Assembly: GCA_021768625.1 (NCBI GenBank)
Contig: JAETUM010000004.1
Span: 11,738 to 75,737, forward strand
DNA length: 64,000 nucleotides
Direction of reading: 5' to 3'
Source: Candidatus Stoquefichus sp.
Lineage (GTDB): Bacteria; Bacillota_I; Bacilli_A; Erysipelotrichales; Coprobacillaceae
Shown here: in pieces, positions 36,858 to 45,519 of the stretch
Layout: each line of letters opens with the position of its first letter
Position numbering within the stretch: position 1 is the first letter of the stretch
Made by a program: the position numbers and the translations under genes
Notes under the pieces: generated by a model
Seen by the model: only the letters and a program-made list of their open reading frames with translations
The model's database searches: none
What the model was told of the DNA's origin: nothing

Positions 36858-37427
36858 ATGAAACGGAAAATATTCATGGTTGGAATAATGGCAGCAGTCA
36901 TGATTGGAACAATTAGCTTACCTTGCAATTCGGTAACAGGTATTCAAGCTGCCGTTATAAAAGCACAACCCAAGGTTAGAAATTTGAATTCTGCTGAAAT
37001 AGAAGTTTTTAGAAGCAAACTATATAGCAGTATCAATGCGTATAGAAAGTCAAATAAAAGAAAGACACTTTCTAAAAATACTACATTACAGAAATCAGCA
37101 ACACTGCGTGCAAAAGAAGTTGTAAAAAAATGGTCCCATACAAGACCAAATGGGTTGAGATGTTTTACAGCATTTGCGACTTATAGAAAGACTGGTGTTA
37201 CAAATGGAGAAAATTTAGCTAAAGTTACATTTTCTGCAAAAAAATCATATAATAAAGATTATCTCAACAGAGCGGTTCAAGGTATGATGAAAAAACTAAA
37301 ATCCTCACAGACTCATAGAAATGTCATGTTGAATAATGTATATAGTAAATATGGAATTGGCATTACCGTCAAAAAGAGTGGTAATACAATCACCGTGTAC
37401 TCTGTTCAACACTATTCTAGCAAGTAG
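36858..37427 (+). CDS. CAP/SCP (YkwD-like) domain secreted protein
   Basis: Signal peptide. INAYRKSNKRKTLSKNTTLQKSATLRAKE...WSHTRPNG...GENLA...H..NVM...Y...G matches the CAP-domain pattern. Confidence 0.65.
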   Translation: MKRKIFMVGIMAAVMIGTISLPCNSVTGIQAAVIKAQPKVRNLNSAEIEVFRSKLYSSINAYRKSNKRKTLSKNTTLQKSATLRAKEVVKKWSHTRPNGLRCFTAFATYRKTGVTNGENLAKVTFSAKKSYNKDYLNRAVQGMMKKLKSSQTHRNVMLNNVYSKYGIGITVKKSGNTITVYSVQHYSSK

Positions 37428-37442
37428 AAGGGAGGGGTAAAA

Positions 37443-37607
37443 TTGTCTGATCACAAAACAGAAGAATATCATCAGGAAAAACACTTTCCTGATGATTCAC
37501 ATTTATTTCTTAATCGTTTATCTGTAATTGTTATTGGTAGAGAAGATAGCAGTAACATACATTATATAGAACAGAGTATTAAGAATTTAAAAGAAAAGTA
37601 TAAATAG
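37443..37607 (+). CDS. 54-aa hypothetical protein (TTG start)
   Basis: Strong GGGAGGGG SD 7 nt upstream of TTG 37443. Below the ORF-track cutoff. Confidence 0.35.
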   Translation: MSDHKTEEYHQEKHFPDDSHLFLNRLSVIVIGREDSSNIHYIEQSIKNLKEKYK

Positions 37608-37646
37608 TTATTTTTATACAAAAAATGCAATATACAAGAAAAGTTT

Positions 37647-37674
37647 TTTGATTTGTTAGTATTATATAGTATAA
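37647..37674 (+). promoter_or_regulatory. sigma-A-type promoter
   Basis: TTGATT (37647-37652), 16-nt spacer, TATAAT (37669-37674), upstream of ATG 37703. Confidence 0.4.
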
Positions 37675-37702
37675 TATTATTAGAAGAGGAAAGGATGATA
37701 TT

Positions 37703-38212
37703 ATGAAAAAATTACTTATAATTATTATGTGTAGTATGTTAATAGCTGGATGTTCATCAACTGATAATAAAACAGCAGAATCTCATTCAAAACCTGTGCA
37801 ACAAGAAATAGTTAAAAAAGATCAAACAGAACAGGAAAAGACTGTTGATAAGAAAGAAGAAACAAAAACAGAAAATAAGAATAAAACTGAAACAGTCAAA
37901 AAAGAAGAAAAGAAAGAAAATCAAAAGAAAACAACTAAAAAGACAACAGATTCTACAAGTAAAAAAACATCTACGAAAAAGAAAACAAACACAACTAAAA
38001 AGTCAACCACAAAGAAAAAAACAACTCCAAAAAAGAAAAAAACAGATAGTATTACTGGAAAAGCCATTGATTATGGATGTATTGATTGTGGAAAACATTT
38101 TAAAACAGAGAAAGAAATTAAAAAACATCTAAAGGAATCTGGACATGGACAATATAGTATTGCATATGAAACTGATGAAGAATGGCCGGAAGATTGGGTT
38201 AGTATAGAATAG
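37703..38212 (+). CDS. lipoprotein with K/T-rich low-complexity linker and C2H2-zinc-finger-like C-terminus
   Basis: Lipobox LIAGCS. About 90 aa of KKT/KKE low complexity. C-terminal CIDCGKHFKTEKEIKKHLKESGH fits C-x2-C-x3-F-x5-hydrophobic-x2-H-x5-H. Confidence 0.6.
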   Translation: MKKLLIIIMCSMLIAGCSSTDNKTAESHSKPVQQEIVKKDQTEQEKTVDKKEETKTENKNKTETVKKEEKKENQKKTTKKTTDSTSKKTSTKKKTNTTKKSTTKKKTTPKKKKTDSITGKAIDYGCIDCGKHFKTEKEIKKHLKESGHGQYSIAYETDEEWPEDWVSIE

Positions 38213-38274
38213 TTATTTAAAGTAAGGTTTTAAAATCCTTGCTTTTTTTATTTATTTGAAAGGAGAAAAGAAAA

Positions 38275-38330
38275 ATGGATTGGTTTTATATATATCAAAG
38301 CAAATATGGCTGACAACCTTTGAGTTGTCA
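38275..38330 (+). promoter_or_regulatory. leader L2: 12-codon micro-ORF whose TGA stop opens a hairpin TGACAAC-CTTTGA-GTTGTCA
   Basis: AAAGGAGA SD. ATG 38275, MDWFYIYQSKYG, TGA 38311-38313. Hairpin at 38311-38330. Parallels leader L1. Confidence 0.45.
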
Positions 38331-38362
38331 ACATGGAATATATTTATTTCATAAATTAATAG

Positions 38363-38389
38363 GTAGGTCATTTGACCTACTTTTCTTTT
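38363..38389 (+). terminator. terminator/attenuator hairpin in the adhesin leader
   Basis: Stem GTAGGTC / GACCTAC followed by TTTTCTTTT, located 45 nt upstream of the adhesin ATG. Confidence 0.55.
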
Positions 38390-38434
38390 ATGAAAATATA
38401 TAGTTTTAAAATCAATATGAAAGGATTTGAGAAA

Positions 38435-41400
38435 ATGAAATATTTTGAAAAATTAAAAGGGATTTTAGATAAATCATGGAAAATATTATTGATTTTTACT
38501 ATGGTCATATCAATGTTAGCTCTAAAAGGAAATAACAGTATTAAAGACGTTATAGCTTATAGTGGCTATCCTAAAAGTATAAATGTCAAGTATCATGGAA
38601 AATTGACTTATAGTGGAAGCACAGTAGGAGATTTTACTGTGAATGGCAAGCAAGCATTTTGCATGGCTCATGAACTGCCTACTCCTGGCAATGATACAAA
38701 AATGACAGCGGAGATATATGATAATGTAACTATTAGAAAAGTTCTTTATTATGGCTGGAGTGGTCCAAAACAATGGAGTGGATTTAAAAGCAGGGCACAA
38801 GGTGTTGTTGTAACTTCACTAACATTATCACATTATTATTATGGTACAAAGGAACGTACAATTCAAAAAGATTTTATGGATTACATAAAAAACAAAACTG
38901 TACCAAATTATAAAGTTAAATTTTCCACATCATCGGTCAATGCCTATATGAGTGGAACTATTCAAAGAACACCTAGTGTTACATTAAACAGTGGAATGAC
39001 TGATAATAGTGTGAGTGTTACATTACAGAATGATGTAACATATGTAGATGAAACACATAATAAAAGGCAAAAGGGTGGAACAGTCAAGATTTATGGAAAG
39101 ACAAAATTTCACTTAGAAGCACCGTTAACTAAGAACTTAGGGACATGGTCTACTGGTAATAAATCACAGGGAGCAATTTTTGCACCTGTTCTCAGTCAAA
39201 CAAAAATAGGCAAAGTTCAGCCCATTGGTTATCCAGATTGGGCAGTTGATCCAATGGATATTACTTCATTAAAAGTCAAATGGGTTGATTTAGGAAACTT
39301 GAAACTTGGTAAACAGGAAAAAGAAACTGGTAAAATGGTTGCTGATACTTATTTTAAAGTTTCTTATAATAGTGATATGTCCAACTACAAAGGAATATGG
39401 AAAACAGGAAAAGATGGATATGTAACTATCAATAACCTTAAAGCAGGAGCAGTCTATGTTCAAGAGATAAAAGTTCCAGATCATTTGATATTGGATAAGA
39501 CAATTCGTAAGGTTACAATTGAAAAAGGAAAAACTGTATCTTTTACAAACAAAAATAATCTTAAACCAACCAGTTTAAAGCTTGGAAAACAAGAACTAGA
39601 AACTGGTAAGATGGTTGCAGGAGCATTATTTAAAGTTTCTAAAAATTCAGATATGTCAAATTATAGAGGTATCTATAAAACAGGAAGTGATGGTTATGTC
39701 ACTTTATCTAACCTCTTGCCAGGTACATATTATATACAGGAGGTTGGTGTTCCAGCACATTTAATCTTGGATAAGACTATTCATAAAGTAACTGTAACTT
39801 ATGATAAACCGGGAGTATTTATAAAGAAAAACAACTTAAGAAAAGGTAATCTGAAACTTGGAAAACAAGACGAAAAGAATAGAATGGTTCCTAATACTTT
39901 ATTCAAAGTTTCACAAAAATCAGATATGTCAAATTATAGAGGTATCTATAAAACAGGAAGTGATGGTTATGTGACTTTATCTAATCTTTTGCCAGGTACT
40001 TATTATGTTCAAGAGGTTGGTGTTCCAAATCATTTGATCTTAGATAAGACTATTCATAAAGTTGTTGTTAATTATGATAAGACAACAACATTTATGAAAA
40101 CAAATAGGGTTAAACCTGCAAGATTAGATATTATTAAAACTGGTGAGGTTTTGACAGATTATAAAGATGGAAATTTCGTTTTTGAAGAAAAAGGACTTCC
40201 AGATATGGAAGTACAGATTTTTGCAGAAGAAAAGATTTTTGATTATATGACTGGTAAGACTTATCAAAAAGGAGACCTTGTCAAAACTGTGAGAACAGGA
40301 AAAGACGGAAAGATTAGTGTTAATCTTCCATTAGGTAAATATCGTATACATGAGTATAAAGCTCCTTTAGGCTTTGTTTTATCAAGTGTTGATCAATATG
40401 TTACTTTATCAAGTAGCAGTCCAACACAAACTTTAGTGACTGCTAGTAAGAGCTTCTATAATGAAAGACAAAAGGTTAAAATCAATGCTATTAAAGTTGA
40501 TGGAATGACACAAGAAAGACTTCAAAATGCAGTTATCGGATTGTATGCAAATGAAGACATTTATAATTATCAAGGAAAGAAATTAGTTGATAAAGGAACA
40601 CTTCTTTTATCAAAAGAGACGGATAAAAATGGAAATATTGTCTTTGATATAGATTTACCATTAGTTGATGTATATCTTGAAGAAATACAACCACCAGAAG
40701 GCTATGTAAAAATTGATAAAAAATATTATATAGATATTAAGTCAACAGACCAAACAACACAGATATACAACTTTTCAAGAACAATCGTTAATAACCCTAA
40801 ACCAGTTGAAATATCTAAGAAAGCTATTACAGGTAGTGAAGAATTAGAAGGAGCAAAATTACAGATTATAGATGTTCTAACAAAAGAGGTTGTTGAAGAA
40901 TGGATTTCTACTGATAAACCACACATGACAAATGAGTTGCTGGTAGGAAGAAGATATATATTAAGGGAAATTTTATCTCCTGATGGATATACAATAGCAA
41001 ATGATATAGAGTTTACAGTTAATGGAGATAAAAGTGTTCAAAAAGTTACAATGATTGATGAATTAACAAAGGTTGATATTTCAAAACAAGATGCAACAAA
41101 TGGAAAAGAACTTCCAGATGCTAAATTAGAAATTATAGATCCAATAACAAATAAAGTTGTTAGAGAACATATTTCCACAAATGAGCCTTGGATTATCGAA
41201 GGTTTGATTTGGAATAAAGAATATATATTAAGAGAAACCCTTGCTCCTGATGGGTATGAAACAGCAAATGAAATTCGTTTTACGGTTGGCAAAGATAACA
41301 AAGTTGTAATGAAAGATGAGCCTCTAGAACCTGAAGAATTAGGAGAAGAACCTGTATTTACAAATATTCAAGTCAATAAAATTGACAGTCAGACAAAAGA

Positions 41401-41776
41401 ATTAATTAAATCAAAAGATTTTGAATTTACTTTATATTCTGATTCTGAATGTACTCAAGTCTTAAAAATTGTACATGCTGATAAAAAGAACGGTACAGCA
41501 ACATTTAAGGCATTAAAATTTGGAACTTACTACATCAAAGAGACTAATGCTCCAAAAGGATACAGTTTAAGTGATGAAGTGAAAAAAGTTGTTATCAATG
41601 AAAAATTGAATGGTGTTGGAGGTACTTATTCATTTGAGTATGCCAATACATTGTTACCTACAAAGTTTGCTAAAACAAGTGATAATACACAAATGATTCC
41701 GTATATGATTATTACTGGAGTATCTGGGTTATTATCAGTTTATTTCTATCGTTCAAGAAGAAAGGAAGAAATCTAA
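38435..41776 (+). CDS. Cna-B/SpaA-repeat surface adhesin with C-terminal anchor
   Basis: Start moved to ATG 38435 (MKYFEKLK..., signal-anchor helix); ATG 38417 is an alternative, and the track TTG start at 38372 lies inside the leader terminator. At least 8 prealbumin-like Cna-B/SpaA repeats (…LPGTYYIQEVGVPAHLILD…, …APDGYETANEIRFTV…). C-terminal AKTSDN + TM + RSRRKEEI. Confidence 0.8.
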   Translation: MKYFEKLKGILDKSWKILLIFTMVISMLALKGNNSIKDVIAYSGYPKSINVKYHGKLTYSGSTVGDFTVNGKQAFCMAHELPTPGNDTKMTAEIYDNVTIRKVLYYGWSGPKQWSGFKSRAQGVVVTSLTLSHYYYGTKERTIQKDFMDYIKNKTVPNYKVKFSTSSVNAYMSGTIQRTPSVTLNSGMTDNSVSVTLQNDVTYVDETHNKRQKGGTVKIYGKTKFHLEAPLTKNLGTWSTGNKSQGAIFAPVLSQTKIGKVQPIGYPDWAVDPMDITSLKVKWVDLGNLKLGKQEKETGKMVADTYFKVSYNSDMSNYKGIWKTGKDGYVTINNLKAGAVYVQEIKVPDHLILDKTIRKVTIEKGKTVSFTNKNNLKPTSLKLGKQELETGKMVAGALFKVSKNSDMSNYRGIYKTGSDGYVTLSNLLPGTYYIQEVGVPAHLILDKTIHKVTVTYDKPGVFIKKNNLRKGNLKLGKQDEKNRMVPNTLFKVSQKSDMSNYRGIYKTGSDGYVTLSNLLPGTYYVQEVGVPNHLILDKTIHKVVVNYDKTTTFMKTNRVKPARLDIIKTGEVLTDYKDGNFVFEEKGLPDMEVQIFAEEKIFDYMTGKTYQKGDLVKTVRTGKDGKISVNLPLGKYRIHEYKAPLGFVLSSVDQYVTLSSSSPTQTLVTASKSFYNERQKVKINAIKVDGMTQERLQNAVIGLYANEDIYNYQGKKLVDKGTLLLSKETDKNGNIVFDIDLPLVDVYLEEIQPPEGYVKIDKKYYIDIKSTDQTTQIYNFSRTIVNNPKPVEISKKAITGSEELEGAKLQIIDVLTKEVVEEWISTDKPHMTNELLVGRRYILREILSPDGYTIANDIEFTVNGDKSVQKVTMIDELTKVDISKQDATNGKELPDAKLEIIDPITNKVVREHISTNEPWIIEGLIWNKEYILRETLAPDGYETANEIRFTVGKDNKVVMKDEPLEPEELGEEPVFTNIQVNKIDSQTKELIKSKDFEFTLYSDSECTQVLKIVHADKKNGTATFKALKFGTYYIKETNAPKGYSLSDEVKKVVINEKLNGVGGTYSFEYANTLLPTKFAKTSDNTQMIPYMIITGVSGLLSVYFYRSRRKEEI
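39299..40123 (+). repeat. three tandem ~275-bp coding repeats (copies 2 and 3 nearly identical over long stretches)
   Basis: Repeats begin LKLGKQE(K/L)ETGKMV... Copies 2 and 3 share ...SDMSNYRGIYKTGSDGYVTLSNLLPGTYY(I/V)QEVGVP.HLILDKTIHKV... with near-identical DNA. Confidence 0.85.
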
Positions 41777-41777
41777 G

Positions 41778-41810
41778 AGGGTGAAAATATTTCACCTTCT
41801 TTTCTTTTTG
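41778..41810 (+). terminator. intrinsic terminator after adhesin gene
   Basis: Stem GGTGAAA / TTTCACC with a short loop, followed by TTCTTTTCTTTTT. Confidence 0.65.
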
Positions 41811-41812
41811 TT

Positions 41813-42067
41813 ATGAAGAAAGCACTTATTATAGGTAATATATTCATTTTTACATTATTAACTTTTATTTTATTATATTATATCGGTTATGAATATATTG
41901 GTGTTTTGCTTTATTGTTTCATTTTGTTCTTGAGTTTAGTTATTATGGTGCTTTTTTTAGGTTGGATATTCATGCGCTTTTTTTATCCAGGTATTAAAAG
42001 GAATAATGATAAAATAAAAGATCAACTTGAAATCTTAACCGAAATGAAGAAAGGAAAGGAAAAATGA
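41813..42067 (+). CDS. small membrane protein (2 TM)
   Basis: 84 aa with two hydrophobic helices. 4-nt overlap with the next gene. Confidence 0.5.
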   Translation: MKKALIIGNIFIFTLLTFILLYYIGYEYIGVLLYCFILFLSLVIMVLFLGWIFMRFFYPGIKRNNDKIKDQLEILTEMKKGKEK

Positions 42068-42405
42068 AAAAGAAAATAAAAAATGGATTTATAAAAGTAA
42101 TGACATTCATGACAATCATGCTTGCAAATATGAATATGAATGTTGCTCATGCAGATTCTAAATTCGATTTAGATGGTGCAAAAAAACTTACAAAAGGATA
42201 TTCAGAACCAATTTTATCGTATCTAATGTGGATACTTCCAACAGCATGTGCTATTGCTTGTTTAGTAGTTGGTATAAAATGGTATATTAAAGATGAAGAT
42301 GAAAAAGAAAGACATAAACCAGGAAAAACAATAAAAAATATTATTATTTTGGGTATTGTCTGTGAGTGTATTGTCATTATTTTATCAATTGTTGGTATTA
42401 AGTAA
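42064..42405 (+). CDS. small secreted/membrane protein, possible T4SS component (VirB2/TrbC-like topology)
   Basis: Signal peptide ending AHA, followed by two TM helices. Sits immediately upstream of the VirB6-like gene. Call rests on topology only. Confidence 0.35.
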   Translation: MKKKIKNGFIKVMTFMTIMLANMNMNVAHADSKFDLDGAKKLTKGYSEPILSYLMWILPTACAIACLVVGIKWYIKDEDEKERHKPGKTIKNIIILGIVCECIVIILSIVGIK

Positions 42406-42419
42406 GTAGGTGATTTTAA

Positions 42420-44165
42420 ATGTTTGATGGAGTCATCACTGCTATTAATGATTTTTTTAGAGATATCTTATGGGGAATTACTTCAGTTTTTTTGTTTATA
42501 TTGGATTTTTTATGGGAATGTGTATTAAAAATTGCAACTTTGGATATAGGCAGTTTTACTTTTTTAAAACAATGGTTCTTGCTTATTTCAACAACCCTAA
42601 CTATGTTTATTATTTTTAGAGTAGTAAAAATGGCAATTAAAAATCTAATTGATGAAGATTATAGAGAAAAGTATGATTTTTCAAATGTTGTTATTAAGCT
42701 TGTTATTGCGAGCGTAACAATAACACTTATGCCTATATTTTATAATTACGCTTGCTCTATCTCAAGTGATGCAATTAAAAATATAAATTATTTCATACCT
42801 GTAGAGACTGAAGAAATGACAATGTCTGATGTCTTAATCCAAGCAGGGCGATTGAACATTGAAGATATCAATGCAGATTTAGGCAAAGAGATTACAAGAG
42901 ATGAAGAATTTAATATTAATATGAAAAATAGTAATGATGAATATATGTATTTTCCAACTTATGCATCATTATTTTTAATTATTATTGTTTCTGTTTTAGG
43001 TGTATTTATATTTTTTGCTACAGCTCTGCAAATTGGTCAAAGATTTTATATGCTAATTCTAAAATATCTTATTAGTCCTTATGTTGTATCAGGGCTTATA
43101 GATCCTGAAGATCAGTCGTTTACTACATGGGGAAAGCTAGTGGTTGGAGATTTACTCATGAATTTTATTCAAGTGTATGCAACATATCTCATATTATTTC
43201 TTTGTACTAACAATACGATCTTAGCCACTTTTGGAGAAGGTGCTATAGCATTATGCTGTCAAATTATTTTCTTCTTATCTGGACTTTCAGCGGTGCAAAA
43301 TATTCCAACAACTATTGCTAGAATCATAGGAGGAAGTAATGCAGGAAGTATGCAGGCACTACAGGATATTAGGACAATAGCTGCAAGTGGTAAGGCAGTT
43401 TCTCTTGGTGCTGCAGGAGCTACCATAGGAACAGCTATGGGAGCTATTGGTGGTGCAATGCATGGGAAAGCACAAGATGGAAGTGTTGGCTCTGCTGTTA
43501 AAGAAGGAGTTAAAAGTGGGGCTTCAACCTTAAGTTCAACATTTACTGGTGGAAGAATAGGTGGAGGTGTCACTGAAGGGAAGCAGAGAATGGCTACAGG
43601 ATTCAATCAGCTTAAACATCCAGGACAAAGTCAGGAATCACAAGGTGTAGGAAAGGGTTCAAAAGGAGATATTTTTAGTACACCAGTATTTGGTTCAGCG
43701 AGTGGAGTTGGATCAAGCCCACAATCATCTAGTACTTATAATGCTCCACCTACAGAAAAGCAATTAGCTGCAGCAGAAAAATTAGGAATCTCAGGTGCTG
43801 AAAATATGAACCGTGGAGATTTATCACATGCCTTGGAAGCAGCGGGTATGGATGATTCGTGGTTTGCTGATCAACATGACTATAGTGGTACGTTTGATGA
43901 TTATGGTGATTCATATGGTGGATCAAGCTATATTCCTGCTGATGATTCAGCTCCTACGTCAGAACAACTTATTATGGCGGAAAATTTTGGTATCGAAGAT
44001 GCTGATACAATGAGCAGAAAACAACTCGATAAGGCACTTAGTAAAGCAGGAGCGAGTTTTTCAGAAGGATTTAATCCTTCGATTAAAAGTAAAAATAAGG
44101 AAATTATTTCTTCAGGAGGATCTAAATTTTATCAGGATACTTTAGCAAGAAGAAGGAAAAAATAA
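42420..44165 (+). CDS. VirB6/TrbL-like polytopic T4SS membrane protein with Gly-rich, repeat-containing C-terminal tail
   Basis: At least 6 TM segments in the first ~330 aa, then a G/A/S-rich region and two copies of a ~33-aa motif (PPTEKQLAAAEKLGISGAENMNRGDLSHALEAAG / APTSEQLIMAENFGIEDADTMSRKQLDKALSKAG). Confidence 0.6.
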   Translation: MFDGVITAINDFFRDILWGITSVFLFILDFLWECVLKIATLDIGSFTFLKQWFLLISTTLTMFIIFRVVKMAIKNLIDEDYREKYDFSNVVIKLVIASVTITLMPIFYNYACSISSDAIKNINYFIPVETEEMTMSDVLIQAGRLNIEDINADLGKEITRDEEFNINMKNSNDEYMYFPTYASLFLIIIVSVLGVFIFFATALQIGQRFYMLILKYLISPYVVSGLIDPEDQSFTTWGKLVVGDLLMNFIQVYATYLILFLCTNNTILATFGEGAIALCCQIIFFLSGLSAVQNIPTTIARIIGGSNAGSMQALQDIRTIAASGKAVSLGAAGATIGTAMGAIGGAMHGKAQDGSVGSAVKEGVKSGASTLSSTFTGGRIGGGVTEGKQRMATGFNQLKHPGQSQESQGVGKGSKGDIFSTPVFGSASGVGSSPQSSSTYNAPPTEKQLAAAEKLGISGAENMNRGDLSHALEAAGMDDSWFADQHDYSGTFDDYGDSYGGSSYIPADDSAPTSEQLIMAENFGIEDADTMSRKQLDKALSKAGASFSEGFNPSIKSKNKEIISSGGSKFYQDTLARRRKK

Positions 44166-44176
44166 ATTTATTAAAA

Positions 44177-44192
44177 ATGGCAAACTTGCCAT
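44177..44192. repeat. element palindrome copy (ATGGCAAACTTGCCAT)
   Basis: Perfect palindrome with AAAA/TT flanks, ending 17 nt upstream of ATG 44210. Confidence 0.9.
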
Positions 44193-44209
44193 TTAGAGAG
44201 GAGATAAAA

Positions 44210-44353
44210 ATGTTTGATGAATTAGATGAATTAGGAATGGATTTTAGTGAAGTTGATGGTTTACCAGATGAAACACATATATATACGTTTAATGAGGTAG
44301 TAGAGGAGATGAAATACTATGAAACTCACAAAGACAAGAGAAATGATAGCTAA
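44210..44353 (+). CDS. 47-aa acidic micro-protein
   Basis: AGAGGAG SD 6 nt upstream. The same GAGGAGATAAAAATG context precedes the gene at 47550. MFDELDELGMDFSEVDGLPDETHIYTFNEVVEEMKYYETHKDKRNDS. Overlaps the ArdC start by 35 nt. Confidence 0.45.
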   Translation: MFDELDELGMDFSEVDGLPDETHIYTFNEVVEEMKYYETHKDKRNDS

Positions 44354-45512
44354 TGAATTTCTATCATGTCTAGAACAGGAGCAGCTTCCATGGAAAAAGG
44401 GATGGAAGACTTTGGATAACTTTAACCCTATTACTAAAACTAAGTACAGAGGAGTTAATTTAGTTGCACTTATGATTGCTGCAGAAATAAAGGGATATAA
44501 TGATCCAAGATGGCTTACATTTGATCAAATAAAAAAAGATGAAAATTTACATCTTCAAAAAGGATCTAAAGGTGTGCCTATAGAATTTTGGAGTCATTAT
44601 GATAAAAAATATAAGAAAATTCTTTCTAGAAAAGAAGCAATGGAATTATATAAAGATGAAAATAGAAAGGATGACTTATCTTTTGTGTGTAAAACATATT
44701 ATGTTTTTAATGGATCTTGTATTGATGGATTAGAACCTTATTTTTCAAAGGAAAATCAAATTTCTAATTCTTTGGCTAATAGTGTTATACAAGATTTTTT
44801 ATCTAACTGTCAAATTTCACTTGAACATAAAGGAAGTGGGGCTTATTATTCCCTAAACAGAGATACTGTTGTTATGCCTTCGATTGAACTATTTGATAAT
44901 GAGGAAAGATATCTTTCTGTACTGCTTCATGAGTGCAGTCATGCAACTGGACATAAAAAAAGATTAAATCGTCCTATCATTAATAGCTTTGGAACTCCAG
45001 AATATGCAAAAGAAGAATTGAGAGCAGAGATATCTTCATCATTTTTGTATAATAAATTAAATTTAGATTATTCAGATGCTATGTTAAGTAACAATAAAGC
45101 ATATATTCAATCATGGATAAGTATAATCAAGGACAAACCTCAAGAACTTTTTAAAGCTATTACAGAAGCAGATAAGATTTATGATTATGTTTTGGAAAAG
45201 GGAAATTATGAGAAACATTTAGAGCAAGGTATAAACATGGAACAAGATAAAACAATTGATTTCCTTCAAAATATGAAAATAGAAGATAAATTGAATTTAA
45301 TTGCTGAAATTTCTAAGAGTACTAATGAAGATATTTTTAATAAATTGACAGTTTCTCATTTAGGTTGTTTATTTAATGATAAATATTATACAGATGTAAA
45401 ATATGCTATTGAAAGTGATGAATTTAATCATTATTTAGCTGATTTTATGAGTACAAAGCAAATAGGTATAGAGATGTTTAGCACAAAACCAAGCATGGAG
45501 CTGGCTTTGTAG
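44319..45512 (+). CDS. ardC: ArdC-like antirestriction protein (ssDNA-binding N-domain + zincin metalloprotease)
   Basis: N-terminal ...LPWKKGW...YRGVNLVALM (DUF1738/ArdC-N pattern). HExxH-type LLHECSHATGH...R motif in the C-domain. Confidence 0.75.
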   Translation: MKLTKTREMIANEFLSCLEQEQLPWKKGWKTLDNFNPITKTKYRGVNLVALMIAAEIKGYNDPRWLTFDQIKKDENLHLQKGSKGVPIEFWSHYDKKYKKILSRKEAMELYKDENRKDDLSFVCKTYYVFNGSCIDGLEPYFSKENQISNSLANSVIQDFLSNCQISLEHKGSGAYYSLNRDTVVMPSIELFDNEERYLSVLLHECSHATGHKKRLNRPIINSFGTPEYAKEELRAEISSSFLYNKLNLDYSDAMLSNNKAYIQSWISIIKDKPQELFKAITEADKIYDYVLEKGNYEKHLEQGINMEQDKTIDFLQNMKIEDKLNLIAEISKSTNEDIFNKLTVSHLGCLFNDKYYTDVKYAIESDEFNHYLADFMSTKQIGIEMFSTKPSMELAL

Positions 45513-45519
45513 AAAGGAG

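Noticed and set aside
37845-38132. 95-aa K/R-rich ORF in an alternative frame of the lipoprotein gene.
   Set aside because: It is a product of the A-rich low-complexity region (AAR codons). It has no SD, whereas the lipoprotein frame has a lipobox and an SD.
38372-38434. ORF-track TTG start (38372) for the adhesin.
   Set aside because: That start lies inside the leader terminator hairpin and T-run. ATG 38435 (or 38417) gives a normal basic n-region plus hydrophobic helix.
43259-43606. 115-aa antisense ORF within the VirB6-like gene.
   Set aside because: It lies opposite the Gly/Ala-rich coding stretch (GCN/GGN codons give open antisense frames). It has no SD and an implausible composition.
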